Assembly (NCBI GenBank): GCA_018396635.1
Contig: JAGTQE010000002.1
Location: 73,615 to 137,614 of the forward strand
DNA: 64,000 bases
Reading direction: 5' to 3'
From: Candidatus Bathyarchaeota archaeon
GTDB lineage: Archaea > Thermoproteota > Bathyarchaeia > Bathyarchaeales > DTEX01
The number at the start of each line of letters is the position of its first letter. The stretch's first letter is position 1. Below the pieces are notes generated by a model. That model did no database searches. It saw nothing but the letters and a program-made list of their open reading frames with translations, and was not told the origin of the DNA. Shown here in pieces: positions 19,218-27,509 of this stretch. A program made the position numbers and the translations under genes.

Positions 19218-21107
19218 TTGATTCATGTGAATAGATTTAGGAAAGATAGAAGAGGGCAGTTCGTTATTCTGGTCGCAGTTATAATAGCAGCCTTCATGTT
19301 CTCCCTAATACTATCAATAGGCCAGATAAACGCGAGAAGGCAGGAAGTATCCTATGAGCCAGTAGACGAAACAGTCCTAGCGATAACAAGCGACTTCGAA
19401 AGATGCCTAACAAGAGCACTGGCAATCGCAACACAAAATTACAGCGAAACTTGGGACATGGATTTGGCTAAGATAAGCGGAGAGAAGTTCATTAATGATT
19501 GGCTTAAAGTTCTCCTAGAATCTTATCAAGGATTCGGCATAGATATCACTCTAATACCTGAGAAAGGCACAGGCAAGAATATAGCTTGGGCCATAGATTG
19601 GGATAAAAAAGAGGGCATAAGTATGGTTTATACAACCTTCGGCATGAATATTAAGGCATATGGACTTAAAAACCTGGCCATCACAATGCAAAGAACGTTA
19701 TACCTTGAGATACTAAATACTGAAGTAAAGTTAAACAATTCGGATAGCCTCATAATAGTGGCATTTAGAGTCTGTCTAGGTGGTATGAAGAAACGCTTTA
19801 TACCAGTATCAGATCTTGCACAGGCTAATGTAAAGTTGCTTGTTAACGGAACTAATGAAATCAAAATCGAGAGTCTTGAATATTTGAACCAGGGAACATA
19901 TAGGGCTACGTTTAACTTCGATGGCTCAGTTATAAAATATATTACTTTAATCGTTACAGACAACAATGGTATAAGAGTTGCGGCGAGATGGGGATCATGC
20001 ATTCTATTCTTAGAAAGCGATGATTTATCAACACAAGGTATCGATAATGAAGGCAGCTTCACGATTAACGGAACGACGGTTAAACTGCAGCATGCCCCAT
20101 ATGTACTGTCACTTTTCACAAATCAAACGCTTGCAATCTCGTTTGCCCCGCCTACTGGAAGTGAATTTAAATACTTCTCGTCCATCGGCTTCGTCGATGT
20201 GTCGCAAAATGGGGTTAATGCAATAATAAAAGTGAAAAATTATGGCTATGAAAGCGTCAATGCAAGAGTAATCGCCCACTACAATAGCTCAAGCATTCCT
20301 ACTGTAGAGAATTGCAATATAACTCTGATGAGCCTAGAGGATGGAGGCGCTACTTTCAATTTAGGAAATATTACATTGACATGGTCAGGGGTCTCGCAGA
20401 CGTTCGACGAGTTGCCAGCATCAGTTCTAGTTCCATACAATGAGTGGATAGAAATAAAATATGACCCGGAACCTGGATATCTTTTCAAATATTGGGAGTG
20501 GGATCCTGTCTACGCAATAGAAATGGATGATAGCTTTTCTTCATCAACTGTTTTTCGTGCTACTGGTAATGGAACAATTATAGCAGTATACAGCACATCT
20601 AGGCCTGCGGAATGGCGAACTATTTATCTTGCCCCCCTAAAAGAGAAAGGCGCTGGATCTGAGAAAAAAGAAGAGTTTTCACTTACAATAAAATATCCCG
20701 ATGAGCTTCCAGACGTTACGCCGCGCCTTAATAATCCACATGATAGCCGTAAGGGGGAAACCGTGGAGACGACGCCAACAGATTTACTTCTCGGCGAAGA
20801 AATAACTATAATTATATGGGCAAAGTATACTAAAGAGGGAAAAGAAAAAGATGATTACATAAATGTCAAATTTACACTGGGCTACATCGATAGTGAGGGA
20901 GTTTTCCATGAGATTGGCAATAACACGGCTAGTATCGGTAAATCATCAGGACCACCTGTCGAGCAACCACCAATATACATTTCACCAAATATCGAAGTTA
21001 TACCAGCAGGCAGTAAAATAGTTCTAATAATTGAACGCTTGGATGAGGGCGAGGGAACACTACATATAGACTGCGGTCCAGGCAAATCAAGAATTATACT
21101 TTGGTAA
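19218..21107 (+). CDS. Large (629 aa) pilin-like protein, candidate pilus tip or adhesin subunit
   Basis: The N-terminus reads (M)NRFRKDRRG/QFVILVAVIIAAFMFSLILSIG. The remainder is about 590 aa, beta-rich and sequon-rich. It is preceded by a 94-nt AT-rich spacer. Confidence 0.65.
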   Translation: MIHVNRFRKDRRGQFVILVAVIIAAFMFSLILSIGQINARRQEVSYEPVDETVLAITSDFERCLTRALAIATQNYSETWDMDLAKISGEKFINDWLKVLLESYQGFGIDITLIPEKGTGKNIAWAIDWDKKEGISMVYTTFGMNIKAYGLKNLAITMQRTLYLEILNTEVKLNNSDSLIIVAFRVCLGGMKKRFIPVSDLAQANVKLLVNGTNEIKIESLEYLNQGTYRATFNFDGSVIKYITLIVTDNNGIRVAARWGSCILFLESDDLSTQGIDNEGSFTINGTTVKLQHAPYVLSLFTNQTLAISFAPPTGSEFKYFSSIGFVDVSQNGVNAIIKVKNYGYESVNARVIAHYNSSSIPTVENCNITLMSLEDGGATFNLGNITLTWSGVSQTFDELPASVLVPYNEWIEIKYDPEPGYLFKYWEWDPVYAIEMDDSFSSSTVFRATGNGTIIAVYSTSRPAEWRTIYLAPLKEKGAGSEKKEEFSLTIKYPDELPDVTPRLNNPHDSRKGETVETTPTDLLLGEEITIIIWAKYTKEGKEKDDYINVKFTLGYIDSEGVFHEIGNNTASIGKSSGPPVEQPPIYISPNIEVIPAGSKIVLIIERLDEGEGTLHIDCGPGKSRIILW

Positions 21108-21267
21108 TTTTGAAGAGATTTTAGCTTTTGATACTTCTATCTTGCTCTTAAAGCCCAAGAGTATAACGTAATCATAGCCGCCACATATAACCGTAAGACT
21201 AAACCCTCCTATTATACTTGCATTACATCAACTTATCTACATTTAGAAGCAGCTTTAAGTATGATTC

Positions 21268-21630
21268 TCATACGTTCATTTTTATTTTTGTAGAAAAGAT
21301 GTTTAAGTCGTCCCTTAAGACCACGCCATGTTCTATGGTTTCCATAGCAATTGGCTCCCTTCTCTCTATAAGTCTCTTAAATTCTTTAGGCGTTAGGGCG
21401 ATAATCTGGTAGCCTGGAGGAGCATCAAGGTTTTCCAATCTATGTACGGGGCTTCCCACAAATTCTTCTGAGATAACTAATATGTCTACATCGCTCCAGA
21501 GGTTGAAATCACCCCTCGCATATGAGCCTATTAAGATGACTGTGGCCTTAAATGAGATCCTAGAGGCCCACTCCTTAGCCTCTAATATGCGTTTCTCCCT
21601 CAGCCTTCTCCTTTCTTCAATGATCCCCAT
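21268..21630 (-). CDS. Minimal nucleotidyltransferase (MNT), antitoxin-type partner of HEPN
   Basis: Pol-beta NTase motif GSYARGDFNLWSDVDILVIS. It overlaps the upstream HEPN ORF by 31 nt. Confidence 0.85.
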   Translation of the reverse strand: MGIIEERRRLREKRILEAKEWASRISFKATVILIGSYARGDFNLWSDVDILVISEEFVGSPVHRLENLDAPPGYQIIALTPKEFKRLIERREPIAMETIEHGVVLRDDLNIFSTKIKMNV

Positions 21631-22025
21631 TTCCCCTCAACCCAACCTATTATATTCTCAGCGAACTTTATAGCTTCTTCAGCATCCCTCCGCGTATAAT
21701 ATTCGTCTGGGCTGCCCTCAACCCAAGCATTAGGATACCTTGTTGGCACATAATATTTATCTAATGTCTTAGCAGCCTGAACCACGTTATCCTCACATCC
21801 AAAGATTCTCCCAGCCCCCTCCAAAAGTCTCGACAAGCTATGCCCATACGAGGGCATGCCTAAACCCCTGAGCAAAGCCTTTAAGGCAAGCTCAGCCGCC
21901 TGATGGGATTTAAAGCAAGCCCAATTATAGTCGCCCCTCTCAAAATCACCCCTTGCAGAATTCAGAGTCTTCCTGCTAAAGAGAATCCATCTTAAGTATT
22001 CGCTTTCATCCATGCTTCTCCACAA
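21600..22025 (-). CDS. HEPN domain protein
   Basis: Contains the HEPN (PF05168-like) helices KSHQAAELALKALLRGLG..GHSL and YYVPTRYP. It is paired with the MNT. Confidence 0.8.
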   Translation of the reverse strand: MWRSMDESEYLRWILFSRKTLNSARGDFERGDYNWACFKSHQAAELALKALLRGLGMPSYGHSLSRLLEGAGRIFGCEDNVVQAAKTLDKYYVPTRYPNAWVEGSPDEYYTRRDAEEAIKFAENIIGWVEGKWGSLKKGEG

Positions 22026-22087
22026 AAACTTAAATTCACCAAGCCATTTTAACCTTTTGTAGTACAGTCGGCATGGCAGCTAGCGGA

Positions 22088-23473
22088 TCATTTACAGGCC
22101 TTAATTTTCTTAAGGATTTCTCTTTCGGCGAGCGATGCTAGCTCCATTAGCTTTGTTTCATCTTTCGCTTCAGCTATCATTCTTATCAGCGGCTGCGTGT
22201 TAGACGGCCTTATTAGAAACCAGCCGTCCTCAGTCATAACCTTAACACCATCAATGGTTATGGTCTTATATCCGAGGGAGATGAATTCGCTGGCAAGCTC
22301 CTCAACAACCCTAAACTTCTCTTCATCTGGGCAGCTGTAGTTTTTCACTGGCGTTTGCGGATACCTTGGCATAGAGTCAATTATCTCAGAGAGCTTCCTT
22401 CCATCCTTAGATATGACCTCGGCAACCTTAAGGCTCGCATATACCGCATCATCAAAACCATATACATCTCTGAAGTAGAAGTGCCCGCTAGTCTCACCAC
22501 CTAAAACAGCATCCTCACTAATCATTTTATCGTAGATGTATGTATGTCCAACCCGACTTAGAATTGGTCTGCCGCCAAGAGCCCTTATAACCTCCTCAAC
22601 AACCATTGAGCAGCTAACCTCATACACGACTGCCGCACCCCTATGCTCGCTCAGATAGTGTCTAGCTAGGAGCGATAGTATTATGCTGCTTGAAGCAAGC
22701 CTACCCTTATCGTCGATGAAGAGCGCCCTATCGCCATCACCATCGAAGCAGACTCCAAAGTCAGCTCCATATTCACGCACAAGCCCCCTCAGCTCCCCCA
22801 GTGTTCTCTCATCAGGCTCTGGCGGATGCTTAGAGAATGATCCGTCCGGTTTATCGTATATAGCGTAGGCTTCTAAGCCAGCTCTCCTAAAGATTTCTGG
22901 CACGAGAACTGTGCAGGAACCCCCGCCTGGATCTGCGGCCACTTTTATGCCTCTGCCGATGTTCACTCTACTTAGAACGTACTCCTCATAGTCTTTAACA
23001 GCGTTTGGATTGGCTTTAACCGAACCTATTCTAGACTCTTCAAAGGATACTTTGAGGGCTATCCTCTTAAATTCCTCCATCCCGCTGCCCATGCATATAA
23101 AGCCCCTTCCAAAGAGTATTTTAAAGCCATTCCATTCCGGCGGGTTGTGGGATGCTGAGACCATTACCCCACCATCAGCATTATAGTGTCTTGTGGCGAA
23201 GTAGAGCAATGGCGTTGTAACGACACCTATATCTTCAACATTTAAGCCCCCAGAAACCATGCCATCTATGAGGGCTTCGCTGAGCGGCTTACTGCTCAGC
23301 CTGACATCCCTGCCAACAATAAAGGTCTTTCCTCTTCCAGCGTAATCCGCCAAAGCCCTACCTATAATGCGTGCAACATCTTCATCTATGTCGAGACCGT
23401 AGATTCCACGTATATCATACGCCCTAAAAATGCTCTCCGATATTCTCCTCGAAGCCATTCCAGATACCAGCAT
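22088..23473 (-). CDS. Phosphoglucomutase/phosphomannomutase (alpha-D-phosphohexomutase)
   Basis: Active-site Ser loop SASHNPPEWNGFK, metal loop FDGDGDR, sugar loop GGETSGH. Confidence 0.9.
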   Translation of the reverse strand: MLVSGMASRRISESIFRAYDIRGIYGLDIDEDVARIIGRALADYAGRGKTFIVGRDVRLSSKPLSEALIDGMVSGGLNVEDIGVVTTPLLYFATRHYNADGGVMVSASHNPPEWNGFKILFGRGFICMGSGMEEFKRIALKVSFEESRIGSVKANPNAVKDYEEYVLSRVNIGRGIKVAADPGGGSCTVLVPEIFRRAGLEAYAIYDKPDGSFSKHPPEPDERTLGELRGLVREYGADFGVCFDGDGDRALFIDDKGRLASSSIILSLLARHYLSEHRGAAVVYEVSCSMVVEEVIRALGGRPILSRVGHTYIYDKMISEDAVLGGETSGHFYFRDVYGFDDAVYASLKVAEVISKDGRKLSEIIDSMPRYPQTPVKNYSCPDEEKFRVVEELASEFISLGYKTITIDGVKVMTEDGWFLIRPSNTQPLIRMIAEAKDETKLMELASLAEREILKKIKACK

Positions 23474-23540
23474 TCTTCAAATTAAAATTTTGCTAATCAA
23501 ATATTTAACTTCAACCCACTGTTGTTTGGGTGCGTGAGGT

Positions 23541-23966
23541 TTGAGGGCTGTTGATGAGATTATAGCGTTCGGTAGTGCGCTCATAAGGGCGACGCATAGA
23601 TCAACCTTCGAGGTCACGAAGGAGGATCATTTAACCGAGAGGGGCGACTGCATAATAGCTATAAGAGCAAATAAGTCGGCGAGGGATTTGGATGAGAGTT
23701 TCAAGGCTGTTGCGAGGAGTCTAGATGCTAGGATAACGATTATTATTGAGGTGGGTGGAGAGAAGGATGTCGTCAAAGCTTTTGGGAGCCCAAGCCTGAC
23801 GTTCGCGCATCCGACAGACATAGTTGTCAGGAAGAGCAGCTACGTCTGTGGGAGAACTATTGCTATTAGAGCAGATAAGGCAGCATGCGATCTCTCAAGG
23901 AGCCTTATAAGAAGGCTTATGGATCCTGGAAGCATTGTAAGAGTTACACTAATAGCTGAGAGGTAG
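23541..23966 (+). CDS. DUF371 family protein
   Basis: IRATHRSTFEVTKEDHLTERGDCIIAIRA matches the remembered DUF371 signature. The internal duplication ends with a second IAIRADKAACD segment. Confidence 0.6.
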   Translation: MRAVDEIIAFGSALIRATHRSTFEVTKEDHLTERGDCIIAIRANKSARDLDESFKAVARSLDARITIIIEVGGEKDVVKAFGSPSLTFAHPTDIVVRKSSYVCGRTIAIRADKAACDLSRSLIRRLMDPGSIVRVTLIAER

Positions 23967-23971
23967 TCATA

Positions 23972-24334
23972 CTATTTAAGTATCTTCTCCAGATCTTTTG
24001 GGCTATAATGTCTGATCCCATATGATAGGGCCCTCTTCCTAGCCCTCTCAGAAATATTATTTGAGATTAATATGGGGACAACCGTCACGCCGAGCTTCTC
24101 CTCAAGCAAATGCTTAATGTATTCATCGAAATCCTTCTTGGTTTGGGTAATGGCCCTCGGGCCTGCAGGGCTTGATAAATCCTTAACCTGAACCACTAGA
24201 ATTAATCCACCTCTCTGAAGTATGAGGTCCTGTATCCTGCTGCCATGCTTCCTCCTAAGCTCAACATTCCAACCATGGGATTTGGCGATCTCGGCAATAT
24301 ACTCTTCGAGGCCCAATATTAAGCCACCCAGCAA
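23972..24334 (-). CDS. Small restriction-endonuclease-like (Mrr_cat-type) protein
   Basis: PD-(D/E)xK-like arrangement: E..GW(NV), D(LIL), VVQVKD. The C-terminal SERARKRALSYGI resembles the Mrr catalytic domain layout. Length is 120 aa. Confidence 0.55.
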   Translation of the reverse strand: MLGGLILGLEEYIAEIAKSHGWNVELRRKHGSRIQDLILQRGGLILVVQVKDLSSPAGPRAITQTKKDFDEYIKHLLEEKLGVTVVPILISNNISERARKRALSYGIRHYSPKDLEKILK

Positions 24335-24511
24335 ATCCAGTATACTAGCGGTTTATCTTACCCTATGAAGAATCATAATGCCTTAAAAGGTTTACTTGAA
24401 TAAGGGTTTGCCTCAGATACCCCAGGGGCCCTCATCAATCGGGTACTGCAGCCATCCTCATCGGCTAAATATAAAGGATTCTTCTGGAGATAAATAGGTT
24501 TCGGGAATCTT

Positions 24512-25489
24512 TCATCGCTCATATGTGCCCTTCAATGCTTTATCTAATTCTTCTATAAACTTTTGGAAGTTCTCTTTAGGTACCCTCGCTCCAGCAGCCT
24601 CTCTATGCCCGCCACCGCTCCCTCCGAGCTTTGGGGATATGCGGCGCAATATGCTATTTAGGTCTATGCTCTCCTCACATGTCCTTAGGCTCATGTCTAT
24701 AAAGCCCCTCCTTTCCTCACCCGCCAGCCCGACTGGAGTATTGGCTAAAGCCCTGACATATATTGCTGTCTTGCCAAGCGAGAAGGGCACGTTTATAGCA
24801 TATGCAATATTGCCGTAAACCTTAATGTAGTTTCCCAGAGACCTAATGATTTCATTCTCCCGCTTAGTATTCTCTATCGCAGCCTCTAAGAGCTCTACAC
24901 ATAGGCTCGGCGGATTATTTGCCGCCAAATGAGAAACTATTTTCCGCTTAAAATCATGATCCCTTTTAAAGCTCTCTAATCCCTGAACGAGAACTCCTGT
25001 CTCAAAGTATATTGTTCTCTTATCCCAGCTTTGGAGAAGCATGGATATTGTTGGCGTCCTATCCATGTAGTCGGATATCGCACCGTATATTGCAACCCTA
25101 CTAATCGTATGCGCCAACCTTTCTTGGAAGAATACGTATGCTAGCTCTGAAGCTGATGAACCTATGGCGTGGAGCACTTTCCCTGGAATATCTTTCGGCG
25201 TGATCGTTTCAGGCAGCGGATGATGGTCGATATATATAAGCTCGCCATATTTGGCGATTTCTGAAAACCTAGTTAAAACATCCGTCAGCTTATCCTCAGG
25301 AAGGGCTATGTCACATATAACTATGCTGTCCCCAACTCTAACGTTCTCTAAGTCCTCTAGGAGGCCGGATGGATGCGTGAAGAAGACCCTTGCATCTGGG
25401 TTTGCGGCTAATGCAAGCGCACCAGAGCAAACACCATCCCCATCGCTATGCGTAAAGACCCACTTAACCATTGGCCCCACTCCAAACAT
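24512..25489 (-). CDS. DHH/DHHA1 family phosphoesterase (NrnA/RecJ-like)
   Basis: Motifs are HSDGDGVCS, ICDIAL, IDHHP (DHH) and the C-terminal GGSGGGHREAAGA (DHHA1). Confidence 0.85.
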   Translation of the reverse strand: MFGVGPMVKWVFTHSDGDGVCSGALALAANPDARVFFTHPSGLLEDLENVRVGDSIVICDIALPEDKLTDVLTRFSEIAKYGELIYIDHHPLPETITPKDIPGKVLHAIGSSASELAYVFFQERLAHTISRVAIYGAISDYMDRTPTISMLLQSWDKRTIYFETGVLVQGLESFKRDHDFKRKIVSHLAANNPPSLCVELLEAAIENTKRENEIIRSLGNYIKVYGNIAYAINVPFSLGKTAIYVRALANTPVGLAGEERRGFIDMSLRTCEESIDLNSILRRISPKLGGSGGGHREAAGARVPKENFQKFIEELDKALKGTYER

Positions 25490-25597
25490 TATTTATGTCT
25501 CTGGAGTGGAAAATGTTTTAGGGTTCTTTCAGAGTATTTAGCGAGATGCATATTAATGGATGTGTGAGCTAACTTTCTTTGTTAGGGAAGTTTAAGG

Positions 25598-26713
25598 TTG
25601 GCGTGTATGGATTCAGCCGAGCTAGACTTCAGCAGGGTCTCAGTAATAGTTAAAACCCTTAGGAATTACGAAAGGATCACAGCTCAGATATTGAAGGAGA
25701 CTTTTCCAGACGTTAAGGTTTTAGCTGGGCCGTTAAACTTCTCAGGCCTAGTCTTGGTTTGGTCTAACATGCCCTCTGAGGAGTTGGCTAAAGAGATTAA
25801 GGTGAAGGTTCCTGAGGCTGAGAGGGCCCTACCAGTAAGATTTTATGCGCCAGCTGAAATAGAGCCCATTGTGGACGCTGCGAGAAGGGTTGCCGATGAT
25901 CTAAGGGAGGCTAAGTCCTTCGCTGTGAATACTGTTAGGAGAGGCAGTCATGGATTCACAAGCATAGACGTCAATGTTAAGGTTGGAGCCATCCTAAAGG
26001 ATCTCTCAGGCTGCCCAGTGAACCTTGACTTCCCAGACAAGGTTGTTTTTGTAGAGATCCTTGGACCCCACGCTTACATTGGCGTTGTAGATGGAAGAGA
26101 GTTCCAGAAGAAGATGACTCCCCGGAAGTTTCAGGTTAGGGAATACTTTAAAAAGGTCTCGCTGGTCCAGATGCCTTACCTCGGCGGCCTTGATGTTTCC
26201 AGAGAGATGGGCATTAGAATTGGACGTGAGGCCCAGACTTTTGAGGTCGGCGAGTTAATTATTGCTCCAGTAGGGATAGTTAGGGCTGATGAATTAAACG
26301 CTTTCCTAAAGGGGGTCTTCGATGGAGTGGAATCAAGGTACCAGGTGCAGCTGAAAACTTATGCGCACAAGCCCCATAAGACAGAGGTTTTCGTCCAGAA
26401 CCTTTATGAGCTCGTTCGAGAGAGATCTGATGAGCCCATAATAGTCTTTGAGCCTGAGGGCGAACCAATAAGTTCGATCTCCCTAGACTTAGCTGAGATA
26501 GTTCTAAAGAATAGCAGGGCAAATTTCCTAGTAGGTTCTAGGGAGGGTATACCGCATGGAATATTTCGTTTCGCTAAATTAGTTATAGATCTATGTCCAG
26601 GTGTAACGATAGCAACTGATCTAGCGGCAGCCTCAGCGTTAACTGCGCTGGCATTCGCGCTCCACCAAAAGCTCAGTATTATCGCGGAAGAGGATCGTGG
26701 AGAGGTAGGGTAA
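25598..26713 (+). CDS. THUMP domain fused to a SPOUT-like methyltransferase domain (predicted RNA methyltransferase)
   Basis: The N-terminal half has the THUMP pattern (FAVNTVRRGSHGFTSIDVNVKVG..VFVEILGPHAYIG). The C-terminal half ends in a SPOUT-knot-like segment, LVGSREGIPHGIF..VIDLCPGVTIATDLAAASALTA. Confidence 0.6.
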   Translation: MACMDSAELDFSRVSVIVKTLRNYERITAQILKETFPDVKVLAGPLNFSGLVLVWSNMPSEELAKEIKVKVPEAERALPVRFYAPAEIEPIVDAARRVADDLREAKSFAVNTVRRGSHGFTSIDVNVKVGAILKDLSGCPVNLDFPDKVVFVEILGPHAYIGVVDGREFQKKMTPRKFQVREYFKKVSLVQMPYLGGLDVSREMGIRIGREAQTFEVGELIIAPVGIVRADELNAFLKGVFDGVESRYQVQLKTYAHKPHKTEVFVQNLYELVRERSDEPIIVFEPEGEPISSISLDLAEIVLKNSRANFLVGSREGIPHGIFRFAKLVIDLCPGVTIATDLAAASALTALAFALHQKLSIIAEEDRGEVG

Positions 26714-26762
26714 ACTTTATCCATTGAGAGCTTTTAACATTCTTTAAGACGGTGAGCGTGGG

Positions 26763-27503
26763 ATGCGTAAAGTGATTCTCGGTGATAGTGGGCTTATCGT
26801 TTCCAGGCTTTGTATAGGGACGGATTACTCGGATATTTATGGCCCGTCACTTATCGGGCGGGAGATATTAGTTAAGGGCTTTAAGATGGGGGTTAACTTC
26901 TGGGATTCGTCGGAAAGCTATGGCTCCTATCCGTCTATAAGGGAAGCTGCCAAAGAAATTGGGCGGGATAATGTCGTAATCACCAGTAAAAGTTATGGTA
27001 GGAGCATTGAGGTTGTGAGGAGAGATCTTGAGGATGCTTTAAGGGAGATAGGCACCAGCTACCTGGACATATTTATGTTGCATGCTGTCGACTCTGTAGA
27101 TGACTTTAAGAGCAGACGCACCGTACTAGATTTTCTCCTCAAGGCGAAGAAAGATGGAGTCATAAGGGCTGTTGGAGTCTCAACACATTCTTCCAGTCTC
27201 GCAATGGAGCTAGCTAACCACCCAGAGATTGACGTGGTCTTGACGGTTCTGAATATTGAGGGATTGGAGATTCGGAATGGAGACTTAGGGAGCATGCACA
27301 GGGCTATAAAAACTCTTTATGAGCATGGTAAAGGAGTATACTTAATGAAGGTTTTGGGGAGAGGTAAGCTCGCAAGCAGAGCTAGAGAAGCCCTAGAGTA
27401 CGCTTTTAGAGTACCCTACGTTCACTCCGTCTCAGTGGGCATAAGAAGCGTTAAGGAGCTTGAGGAAGCCGTCAGAGTAGCAGAGAATCTTGATGGCTCC
27501 TAA
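26763..27503 (+). CDS. Aldo/keto reductase family oxidoreductase
   Basis: Has the AKR N-terminus LGDSGLIVSRLCIGT, then NFWDSSESYG and LDIFMLH. Confidence 0.8.
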   Translation: MRKVILGDSGLIVSRLCIGTDYSDIYGPSLIGREILVKGFKMGVNFWDSSESYGSYPSIREAAKEIGRDNVVITSKSYGRSIEVVRRDLEDALREIGTSYLDIFMLHAVDSVDDFKSRRTVLDFLLKAKKDGVIRAVGVSTHSSSLAMELANHPEIDVVLTVLNIEGLEIRNGDLGSMHRAIKTLYEHGKGVYLMKVLGRGKLASRAREALEYAFRVPYVHSVSVGIRSVKELEEAVRVAENLDGS

Positions 27504-27509
27504 AAGACT

